A stretch of DNA of 64,000 nucleotides from a virus. Lineage: Duplodnaviria > Caudoviricetes. The stretch is from positions 8,688 to 72,687 of the IMG/VR virus record IMGVR_UViG_3300021326_000217; one strand, given 5' to 3'. Each line of letters begins with the position of its first letter. Positions within the stretch are counted from its first letter, which is position 1. The position numbers and the translations under genes were made by a program. The notes beneath the pieces are model-generated. The model was not told the DNA's origin. It saw only the letters and a list, made by a program, of their open reading frames with translations, and did not search any database. Below, one piece after another: positions 1-7,433 of this stretch.

Positions 1-312
1 TGCTACATTTTCAGCAAGGAGTTCTTCCATGTCCTTTGCACCTTTTGCGCCGTAGCGTTCACGAGCTTCCTCAATATACCCATCTTTCTCTATATCCTCA
101 AGCGGATTCTCGCAGTTTTCATCTGTAAGGAATTTAACTGACACATTAAGTGCCTTTGCCAACTTAAGCATCGTGCTTGGGCGGGGTGTTTTTTCGCCTT
201 TTTCGTAGGCAAGAATGGAGCGGATTGATACACCGACCTTTTCTCCGAGTTGCCCCTGCGATAAACCTAACTCTGTCCTCGCGTCATACACTTTTTTAGC
301 AAATGACAACAT
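1..312 (-). CDS. XRE-family HTH repressor, C-terminus runs off the window edge
   Basis: Own translation of the minus strand from ATG at 312: MLSFAKKVYDARTELGLSQGQLGEKVGVSIRSILAYEKGEKTPRPSTMLKLAKALNVSV...; SD AAGGAG upstream; not in the ORF track. Confidence 0.9.
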   Translation of the reverse strand, partial: MLSFAKKVYDARTELGLSQGQLGEKVGVSIRSILAYEKGEKTPRPSTMLKLAKALNVSVKFLTDENCENPLEDIEKDGYIEEARERYGAKGAKDMEELLAENVA

Positions 313-374
313 ATTCGGTCATCTCCTTTTTTTGTGAATTTTTAGTGCAAGTTCAAAAAAGTTCTTAAAAACTA

Positions 375-403
375 TTGACAAAAGTTCTATATAGTGCTAT
401 TAT
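375..403 (+). promoter_or_regulatory. sigmaA-type promoter of the dinB/early operon
   Basis: TTGACA (375-380), 17 nt spacer, TATTAT (398-403). Confidence 0.75.
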
Positions 404-434
404 ATTTATGAACTCACTTGAACTTTGCTTTTTT

Positions 435-463
435 ATTATAACGCACGAATTTGAATTTGTCAA
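435..463 (-). promoter_or_regulatory. Perfect-consensus sigmaA promoter for the XRE repressor
   Basis: On the minus strand: TTGACA (463-458), 17 nt spacer, TATAAT (440-435). Confidence 0.8.
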
Positions 464-525
464 TAGGAAAGTTCAAAAAAGTTCAAAATACTTCTATTCT
501 TTTTGAAGGGAGGCACTGCAAGCGT

Positions 526-1761
526 ATGGAAAGAGTGATATTGCACAGCGACATGAACTGTTTTTACGCATCGGTGGAAATGATGCTAAACCCCACCCTG
601 CGAGGAAAGGCGGTCGCTGTTTGCGGAGCAACGGAAGACAGGCACGGTATCGTTCTTGCCAAATCCGAGCTTGCCAAAAAAGCAGGTGTCAAAACGGGTA
701 TGGTCAATTGGGAGGCACAGCGTGTGTGTCCAAACCTTATACTTGTGCCGCCGCATTACGACCAGTATTTAAAGTTTTCCAAACTTGCCCATCAGATTTA
801 TTACCGTTACACAGATATGGTTGAGCCTTTCGGAATGGATGAATGCTGGCTCGACATAAGCGGCTCATCAATTTTCGGTACAGGGCTTGAAGTAGCCGAA
901 GAGATCCGAAAAAGTATGCGTGAAGAACTCGGTCTTACGGTATCTGTTGGTGTTTCCTTTAATAAAATTTTTGCAAAGCTCGGAAGCGACATGAAAAAGC
1001 CCGATGCCATAACTGTCATAAACAAGGAGGATTTCAAAGAAAAAGTGTGGCGGCTTCCTGTGTCCGACCTGTTATATGTTGGACGAGCCACCACTCACAA
1101 GCTCGAAAGGTATGGCATTATGACAATCGGACAGCTTGCTTCGCTTGAGCCGAAAATCCTGAAGGGATGGTTTGGTGTCAACGGACTGAAGCTGTGGCAG
1201 TACGCCAACGGAACGGATATGTCGCAGGTTATGCAAAAGGACTATGTATCGCCCATAAAATCCATCGGGCATGGGACAACCTGTGTAGCCGACCTTGCAA
1301 CCGAAGATGAAGTAAGAAAAGTTATGCTTGCGCTGTCCCAGGATATCGGTCAAAAACTCCGTGTCCATGAGCTTGAAGCTAAAGGCGTTCAGATTACTGT
1401 TCGCAATAACGACCTTTGCTTCAGGCAGTATCAATGTCAATTAGAAAGCCCAAGTCAGAATGCCAACGAAATAGCAAGGGCAGGTTTTTCGCTCCTACAG
1501 AAAAAACACTACTGGGGAACACCCATACGGGCAGTAACTGTCCGTGCTATAAATCTGTTACCCAAAGCACGAACCGTCCAGTTAGACCTTTTTAATGATG
1601 CCTTAAAAAGAGATAAACTGGAACGGCTCGACAAAGCGATGGATGAAATAAAACGCAGATTTGGTAAGCACAGTATATTTCCTGCGGCACTTATGGGTGA
1701 AACAAAAATGCCGCAACCGAGAGAGGTAGAAATTATAATGCCAGGATTAATGTATGTATAA
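526..1761 (+). CDS. dinB: Y-family DNA polymerase IV (DinB/UmuC-like)
   Basis: ILHSDMNCFYASVE, GIVLAKSELAKKAGVKTGM, FGMDECWLD and SFNKIFAKLGSDMKKPD motifs; start moved to ATG 526 after SD GAAGGGAGG. Confidence 0.95.
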   Translation: MERVILHSDMNCFYASVEMMLNPTLRGKAVAVCGATEDRHGIVLAKSELAKKAGVKTGMVNWEAQRVCPNLILVPPHYDQYLKFSKLAHQIYYRYTDMVEPFGMDECWLDISGSSIFGTGLEVAEEIRKSMREELGLTVSVGVSFNKIFAKLGSDMKKPDAITVINKEDFKEKVWRLPVSDLLYVGRATTHKLERYGIMTIGQLASLEPKILKGWFGVNGLKLWQYANGTDMSQVMQKDYVSPIKSIGHGTTCVADLATEDEVRKVMLALSQDIGQKLRVHELEAKGVQITVRNNDLCFRQYQCQLESPSQNANEIARAGFSLLQKKHYWGTPIRAVTVRAINLLPKARTVQLDLFNDALKRDKLERLDKAMDEIKRRFGKHSIFPAALMGETKMPQPREVEIIMPGLMYV

Positions 1762-1793
1762 GCGATAAAGAACTGATTTATGGAGGTAGATAG

Positions 1794-1964
1794 ATGACAG
1801 TTTCCATTGTCTGTCCCACCTGTGGCAGACGCATATGCGATGCGGATTCGCAGGTGGTTGTCAGAACAAAGATAACTCATGAAAAAATGAATAAGAAGTA
1901 TCCTGCCGATTATTACATAAAGTGTTGGAAATGTAAAACCACTATCGGAATTAAAAAGGATTAA
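1794..1964 (+). CDS. Small zinc-ribbon protein (56 aa, CPTC...CWKC)
   Basis: Own translation MTVSIVCPTCGRRICDAD...YIKCWKCKTTIGIKKD; SD GGAGGT; absent from the ORF track. Confidence 0.75.
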   Translation: MTVSIVCPTCGRRICDADSQVVVRTKITHEKMNKKYPADYYIKCWKCKTTIGIKKD

Positions 1965-2028
1965 GAATTTGTACTTCGTACAGAGCACGATGCGAGCCGT
2001 GTAAAAATCACGGTTAAAACGGACATAC

Positions 2029-2078
2029 GAGCCTGACAAGTAGCTATTTTGCTATGCTTGTCAGGCTCTTTTATTTTT
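2029..2078 (+). terminator. Intrinsic terminator / attenuator hairpin upstream of the sigma-like gene
   Basis: GAGCCTGACAAG (2029-2040) pairs with CTTGTCAGGCTC (2057-2068), followed by TTTTATTTTT. Confidence 0.7.
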
Positions 2079-2119
2079 AGCTACTTGTCAGGCTCCGAAA
2101 TAAGAAAGGAGTCTACAAG

Positions 2120-2524
2120 ATGAAAATTAAGTATGAATTTGCAACAGAAACAACGGAAATCGAGGTAACTGAAGAATGGGGATCAATATTAATTGAACTC
2201 GACAGGCAGGAATACAACATAAATCACAAAGAAAGAAGGCGGCGTTATTCATTGGATGCGTGTGACTTTGAGGGTGATGATTTTGCTTGCGAAGATGAAG
2301 CTCTTACAAAAATCCAGGGTGGCAGTGATGAATTTAGCATACTTTATGATGCCATTGAGTCCCTAACAGAAGATCAAAAGGATTTAGTTAAAAAAATATT
2401 TTTTGAAGGTTACAGCGTTAATGATTACGCTGAAATGCTTGGTGTAGGCGCATCTGCTGTCTCTCACCGAATACAAAGAATAAAAGCCCGAATAAAAAAA
2501 TTTTACATAGACCGTCAGATTTGA
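2120..2524 (+). CDS. Sigma-70 region-4 / ECF-like HTH protein (phage/ICE sigma-like factor)
   Basis: C-terminal LTEDQKDLVKKIFFEGYSVNDYAEMLGVGASAVSHRIQRIKARIKK; SD AAGGAG. Confidence 0.8.
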   Translation: MKIKYEFATETTEIEVTEEWGSILIELDRQEYNINHKERRRRYSLDACDFEGDDFACEDEALTKIQGGSDEFSILYDAIESLTEDQKDLVKKIFFEGYSVNDYAEMLGVGASAVSHRIQRIKARIKKFYIDRQI

Positions 2525-2548
2525 CCCCTTCTAGTGGCTGTATTATGA
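2508..2548 (+). promoter_or_regulatory. 41-bp element (copy A), putative promoter for the sigma-like factor
   Basis: 38/41 identical to 59180-59220; both lie directly upstream of an operon start. Confidence 0.55.
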
Positions 2549-2587
2549 AAGGCACAAAAAATCCGTCTTTCAGAAAGGATGAGAAGA

Positions 2588-2779
2588 ATGAAACACATTC
2601 TACAAATAAGTGTTTCAAAAAAGCCCGTCAATCGTGGAATTGTCGCTTGTAGGACAGTTACGGTGAGAGAACGGTTAATGCGTTTTCTATTTGGAAAACC
2701 ACAGAAATTGACGGTCATTGTCCCAGGAGACAGTGTTCAGGAACTATCCATTAAAGAGATTGGAGGTGCGGTCACATGA
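2588..2779 (+). CDS. Small hypothetical phage protein
   Basis: ORF track 2579..2779; SD GAAAGGA favours ATG 2588. Confidence 0.65.
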   Translation: MKHILQISVSKKPVNRGIVACRTVTVRERLMRFLFGKPQKLTVIVPGDSVQELSIKEIGGAVT

Positions 2780-3108
2780 GCAGAGTGAAACTACTCCTTG
2801 ATGTTATTTCCGACCTGCGCTCTCTTGCCGACAGCGTGGAGGCGGTCGCAAACGCAATGGCTGATCCGCCCATGACCGAGCCGAAAAAGGAAACCGCTCC
2901 GAAGCAGAAGACGAAAGCGGATGCTAAAACCGAAACAGTGGGATTTGAGAAGCTGTTTGAGGTTTTGAAAAAGCTCTCGGAGGACGGTTTCAGAGCAGAG
3001 GTGAAGGCACTGCTTACCAAGTACGGTGTTCCGAAACTCAGCGAACTCCCGAAAGACCAGTATGCGGCGGTGCTTGCCGAAGCGGAGGAAATCAGGGATG
3101 GGAAATAA
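2776..3108 (+). CDS. Hypothetical phage replication-module protein
   Basis: Overlap-coupled to both neighbours; C-terminal VKALLTKYGVPKLSEL..DQYAAVLAEA motif typical of this module. Confidence 0.75.
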   Translation: MSRVKLLLDVISDLRSLADSVEAVANAMADPPMTEPKKETAPKQKTKADAKTETVGFEKLFEVLKKLSEDGFRAEVKALLTKYGVPKLSELPKDQYAAVLAEAEEIRDGK

Positions 3109-4231
3109 AAAACACGCTGTCCTTTCCGCTTCCGCATCGCACAGGTGGATGAATTGCACTCCGTCCGCAAGACTTGAGCTTGAATTCGAGGACAGAGAAA
3201 CCGAAGCCGCCGCCGAAGGAACTGCCGCACACGCCCTTTGTGAGCATAAGCTGAAACGGGCTTTGAAGCAAAGGTCGAAAAAGCCTGTGTCGCAGTACGA
3301 CTGTGACGAGATGGACGAGTACACAGACGGGTATGTTGCTTTCGTTTTGGAGCAATATGCCGAGGCGCAGGAAACCTGTCCACATCCCACCATGCTTATT
3401 GAACAGCGGCTCGACTTTTCAAAGTATGTAGAGGATGGTTTCGGAACGGGCGATTGCCTCATCATCGCAGACCGCAAGCTCCATGTCATTGACTTTAAGT
3501 ACGGTCAGGGCGTTTTGGTGGAAGCTGAAAACAATCCGCAGATGATGCTTTATGCTCTCGGCGCACTTGATATGTACGATTGCCTCTACGATATTGACGA
3601 GGTTTCGATGACTATTTATCAGCCTCGCCGTGAGAACATCAGCACATGGACGATTGATGCAAAAGCACTCTATGATTGGGCAGAAAACACACTAAAACCG
3701 AAAGCCGAGCTTGCTTTCAAAGGTGAAGGCGATTACTGCAGTGGTGATTGGTGTACCTTCTGCAAGGCAAAGGTGAACTGCCGTGCGAGAGCCGAGGAAA
3801 AGCTGAAGCTCGCACAGTACGAATTCAAACTGCCGCCGCTACTCACCGATGATGAAATTGAGGAAATCCTGACAAAGCTCGATGACCTGACAAAATGGGC
3901 AAATGAGATAACCGCTTATGCGCAGGATGCCGCACTTAATCACGGAAAGCAGTGGCACGGCTTCAAAGTGGTCGAAGGTCGTTCCAACCGAAAGTATGCT
4001 GACGAGGAAGCCGTTGTCGAAGCGGCGCAAGCGGCAGGATACAAGGACATCTTCAAAACGAGCCTTATCACCATTACTGAAATGGAAAAGCTCATGGGCA
4101 AACAGAACTTTGCCGACATTCTCGGTGCGCTTATTATTAAGCCGCCTGGGAAACCGACACTTGTCCCTATCACAGACAAGCGTCCTGCAATAACAAAAGA
4201 AAAACCCGAAAACGAATTTGATGAAATTTAG
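3098..4231 (+). CDS. PD-(D/E)XK exonuclease (DUF2800 / Cas4-like phage exonuclease)
   Basis: HAVLSASASHRWMNC, GTAAHALCE, GFGTGDCLII, VIDFKYGQG and C-terminal CTFC...C; start at ATG 3098. Confidence 0.88.
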   Translation: MGNKKHAVLSASASHRWMNCTPSARLELEFEDRETEAAAEGTAAHALCEHKLKRALKQRSKKPVSQYDCDEMDEYTDGYVAFVLEQYAEAQETCPHPTMLIEQRLDFSKYVEDGFGTGDCLIIADRKLHVIDFKYGQGVLVEAENNPQMMLYALGALDMYDCLYDIDEVSMTIYQPRRENISTWTIDAKALYDWAENTLKPKAELAFKGEGDYCSGDWCTFCKAKVNCRARAEEKLKLAQYEFKLPPLLTDDEIEEILTKLDDLTKWANEITAYAQDAALNHGKQWHGFKVVEGRSNRKYADEEAVVEAAQAAGYKDIFKTSLITITEMEKLMGKQNFADILGALIIKPPGKPTLVPITDKRPAITKEKPENEFDEI

Positions 4232-4245
4232 GAGGATATTTAATC

Positions 4246-4791
4246 ATGGCAAATCAGAAAAATACAAAAGTTGTAACAGGTGTTGTAAGACTTTCTTACG
4301 CAAATGTATGGGAGCCGAAAGCCGTAAACGGCGGCGATGAAAAATACTCGGTATCCCTCATCATCCCGAAAACCGACAAAAAGACTATTGCAGACATCGA
4401 AAAAGCGATTGACCTCGCTATCGAAGAAGGCAAAGGCAAATTCGGTGGTAAAACCCCGAACAAGGCGGCTCTGAAACTTCCGCTCCGTGACGGTGACGTT
4501 GAGCGTGACGATGAAGCGTACAAGGACAGCTACTTTGTGAACGCAAACTCCAAAACCGCTCCGCAGATAGTTGACGGCAAGGTACAGAAAATCCTCGACC
4601 GCAACGAAGTGTACAGCGGATGTTATGCGAGGGTGTCTATTACATTTTACGCTTTCAATTCCAACGGCAATAAGGGTATTGCCTGTGGGCTTGGCAATAT
4701 TCAGAAGGTATCGGACGGTGAGCCTCTCGGCGGCAGAAGCAATGCAGAGGATGACTTCACCTCTTTGGAGGACGAGGACTTTTTGATGTGA
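4246..4791 (+). CDS. Phage single-stranded DNA-binding protein (DUF2815-like)
   Basis: VRLSYANVWEPK, KYSVSLIIPK, YSGCYARVSI, GIACGLGNIQK and an acidic C-terminus. Confidence 0.88.
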   Translation: MANQKNTKVVTGVVRLSYANVWEPKAVNGGDEKYSVSLIIPKTDKKTIADIEKAIDLAIEEGKGKFGGKTPNKAALKLPLRDGDVERDDEAYKDSYFVNANSKTAPQIVDGKVQKILDRNEVYSGCYARVSITFYAFNSNGNKGIACGLGNIQKVSDGEPLGGRSNAEDDFTSLEDEDFLM

Positions 4792-4852
4792 TGGATTTAA
4801 TTGCTGTGGCGGTGAGCTTTCTGCTTGCCGCCAACGGCAGAAAGGAAAAGCA

Positions 4853-6781
4853 ATGGACAATTTGAGTATTGATATAGAAACTTATTCGTCCGTAAACCTT
4901 CAAAAGTGCGGTGTATATAAATACGCAGAATCCGATGATTTCGAGATACTTCTATTCGGATATTCCATAGACGGCGGCGAGGTGCAGGTCATAGATTTAG
5001 CGCAGGGCGAAAAGCTCCCTGACGATATTGTTGCGGCTCTTACCGATGATTCCGTTACCAAGTGGGCATTCAATGCAATGTTTGAGCGTGTATGTCTGTC
5101 AAGGTATTTGAAAGATTACCTGAAGCCTGATGCGTGGCGATGCACTATGGTATGGTCGGCAACTCTCGGTCTGCCCCTCTCCCTCGAAGGTGTCGGTGCG
5201 GTTATCGGACTTGAAAAGCAGAAAATGAAGGAAGGCAAAGAACTCATCCGCTATTTCTGCACACCGAACAAGGTTAAAGACGGCGGCTTTACACGCCATA
5301 CCCCCAAAGACAACCCTGAACGGTGGGAGCTTTTTAAAGAATATAACAAGCGAGATGTCGAAACCGAGCTTGCTGTTAAACAGCGGCTTTCAAAATTCCC
5401 CGTTTCGGATACCGAATGGCAGAATTACAAACTTGACCAAGAGATAAACGACCGAGGCATCCTCCTTGATATGAAGCTCGTGCGATCAGCCATAAAATGC
5501 GATAACGAGTACAAGGAGGAAAACCTGAAAAACGCCCGTGAGCTTACAGGACTTGAAAACCCGAACTCTCCTGTACAGCTAAAAGCATGGCTTTTGGAAC
5601 AAGGCATCGTAGCCGACTCGCTTTCCAAAAAGGCTGTGGAGGAACTGCTCGAAAAAACGGACGGTGATATTTCCGAGGTTTTGAAGCTCCGAAAGCAAAT
5701 GGCGAAAAGCTCTGTTAAAAAATATACGGCTATGGAAAACGCCGTGTGCCGTGACAGCCGAGCAAGAGGACTTATACAGTTTTACGGTGCGAACAGAACG
5801 GGTCGGTACGCAGGGCGGCTCGTTCAGGTGCAAAATCTGCCCCAAAACCACCTGCCCGAACTCGAAGATGCCCGAAAGCTAATACGGGACGGCAACTATG
5901 AAACTGCCGAACTGTTATACGGCTATGCTCCGTTTATCCTTTCGGAACTCATACGCACGGCGTTTGTCCCGAAGGACGGATGCAAGTTTTATGTTGCGGA
6001 CTTTGCCGCTATCGAAGCGAGGGTCATCGCATGGCTTGCAGGAGAGCATTGGCGGCAGAGTGTATTTGCGGAGGGCAAAGACATCTATTGCGCATCGGCA
6101 TCGCAGATGTTTGGTGTCCCCGTTGAGAAAAACGGAGTAAACGGACACCTGCGCCAAAAAGGTAAAATCGCAGAACTCGCACTCGGCTATGGCGGCTCGG
6201 TCGGAGCATTAAAGGCTATGGGTGCGCTTGCTATGGGACTCTCGGAAGAAGAACTGAAACCGCTTGTCGATGCTTGGCGGCAATCGAACTCGAAAATTGT
6301 CCGCTTATGGTGGGACATTGACAGTGCCGTTACATCCTGCGTTAAGACGAAAGAGCGCAAAGAAACACACGGCATCGTATTCGAGTATCAAAGCGGCATC
6401 CTTTTCATCACCCTGCCATCAGGCAGAAGGCTCGCCTATGTGAAGCCGAGAATCGGTGAAAACAGATTCGGAGGTGAAAGTGTAACCTACGAAGGTGTCG
6501 GCGGCACTAAAAAATGGGAGCGTTTGGAGAGCTACGGCGCAAAGTTTGTAGAGAACATCGTTCAGGGTACGGCGAGGGACATTCTTGCCGAGGCTATGCT
6601 CCGCTTGGATAATGCAGGTTACAACATCGTGATGCACGTTCACGATGAAGCGGTTATTGAAGCACCCGATGGCACGAGCCTCGAAGATATATGTGACGTT
6701 ATGGGACAAACCCCGAAATGGGCTGACGGATTACTGCTCCGTGCGGACGGTTATGTCTGCGACTTTTACAGAAAGGACTGA
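4853..6781 (+). CDS. Phage family-A DNA polymerase with 3'-5' exonuclease domain
   Basis: SIDIETYS (Exo I), YNKRDVE (Exo III), ADFAAIEARV (motif A), RQKGKIAELALGYG (motif B), VMHVHDE (motif C). Confidence 0.95.
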   Translation: MDNLSIDIETYSSVNLQKCGVYKYAESDDFEILLFGYSIDGGEVQVIDLAQGEKLPDDIVAALTDDSVTKWAFNAMFERVCLSRYLKDYLKPDAWRCTMVWSATLGLPLSLEGVGAVIGLEKQKMKEGKELIRYFCTPNKVKDGGFTRHTPKDNPERWELFKEYNKRDVETELAVKQRLSKFPVSDTEWQNYKLDQEINDRGILLDMKLVRSAIKCDNEYKEENLKNARELTGLENPNSPVQLKAWLLEQGIVADSLSKKAVEELLEKTDGDISEVLKLRKQMAKSSVKKYTAMENAVCRDSRARGLIQFYGANRTGRYAGRLVQVQNLPQNHLPELEDARKLIRDGNYETAELLYGYAPFILSELIRTAFVPKDGCKFYVADFAAIEARVIAWLAGEHWRQSVFAEGKDIYCASASQMFGVPVEKNGVNGHLRQKGKIAELALGYGGSVGALKAMGALAMGLSEEELKPLVDAWRQSNSKIVRLWWDIDSAVTSCVKTKERKETHGIVFEYQSGILFITLPSGRRLAYVKPRIGENRFGGESVTYEGVGGTKKWERLESYGAKFVENIVQGTARDILAEAMLRLDNAGYNIVMHVHDEAVIEAPDGTSLEDICDVMGQTPKWADGLLLRADGYVCDFYRKD

Positions 6782-6785
6782 TTAA

Positions 6786-7433
6786 ATGTTTAGTGATAAT
6801 TTAAGAAAAGCAAGAGAACTGAAAGGTTTGACACAAACCGAACTGGCAGAGGAATTACTGGTTTCAAAAGGCACGGTGGAAATGTGGGAAAAGGGCAAAC
6901 GCTATCCCTCTTTGTATATCTTAAAATGCATTTCCGTGCTTTTGGAATGCAGTATAGACTGGCTTCTGCAAGACTCTTTATATGAGCGAGGTGAAAACGA
7001 TATGAGTGTTAATTTGTATAACAGCGAACATTATGTATGCCCAACAGAATATGAAGCCCTTTCTAACATCGAAAGAGATGAAAAAAAGTCAAAATATGTG
7101 TACCGACCGATAGTGTATATCTGCTCGCCGTATGCGGGTGACATAGATGCTAATGTGATGGATGCAAGACGTTATTCCCGATTTGCTGTGAACTGCGGCT
7201 GTCTGCCGATCACCCCACACCTTTTCTTTCCGCAGTTTATGGACGATGACGACCCGACTGACAGGAAGCTCGCATTTGATTTGAACTATATCCTTCTGAA
7301 CAAATGCTCGCAAGTATGGGTGTTTGGAGACGAAATCACAAACGGCATGAATACGGAAATTCAAAACGCCAAACGCAAAAGAATACAAATCAGGTACTTT
7401 AACGAAAAATGCGAGGAGGTTTTTAAGCTATGA
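6786..7433 (+). CDS. XRE HTH fused in frame to a DUF4406-like nucleotide-binding/deoxyribosyltransferase-like domain
   Basis: N-terminal HTH (LTQTELAEELLVSKGTVEMWEKG); C-terminal VYICSPYAGD...PITPHL...LLNKCSQVWVFG; internal SD GAGGTGA and ATG at 7002. Confidence 0.75.
   Translation: MFSDNLRKARELKGLTQTELAEELLVSKGTVEMWEKGKRYPSLYILKCISVLLECSIDWLLQDSLYERGENDMSVNLYNSEHYVCPTEYEALSNIERDEKKSKYVYRPIVYICSPYAGDIDANVMDARRYSRFAVNCGCLPITPHLFFPQFMDDDDPTDRKLAFDLNYILLNKCSQVWVFGDEITNGMNTEIQNAKRKRIQIRYFNEKCEEVFKL

Noticed and set aside
340-490. LexA (Cheo) SOS boxes upstream of dinB
   Set aside because: The GTTC/GAAC half-sites are arranged as 10-bp-spaced direct repeats, not as GAAC-N4-GTTC palindromes
451-525. 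N-terminal extension of DinB from TTG 451 (and similar extensions at 3026, 12248, 12579, 15973, 17233, 19274, 25381, 27539, 28182)
   Set aside because: These overlap promoters or upstream genes; internal ATGs with clear SD sequences match the conserved protein starts
3098-4231. Cas4 as evidence of a CRISPR system
   Set aside because: It sits in the standard exonuclease-SSB-PolA phage replication cluster with no other cas genes
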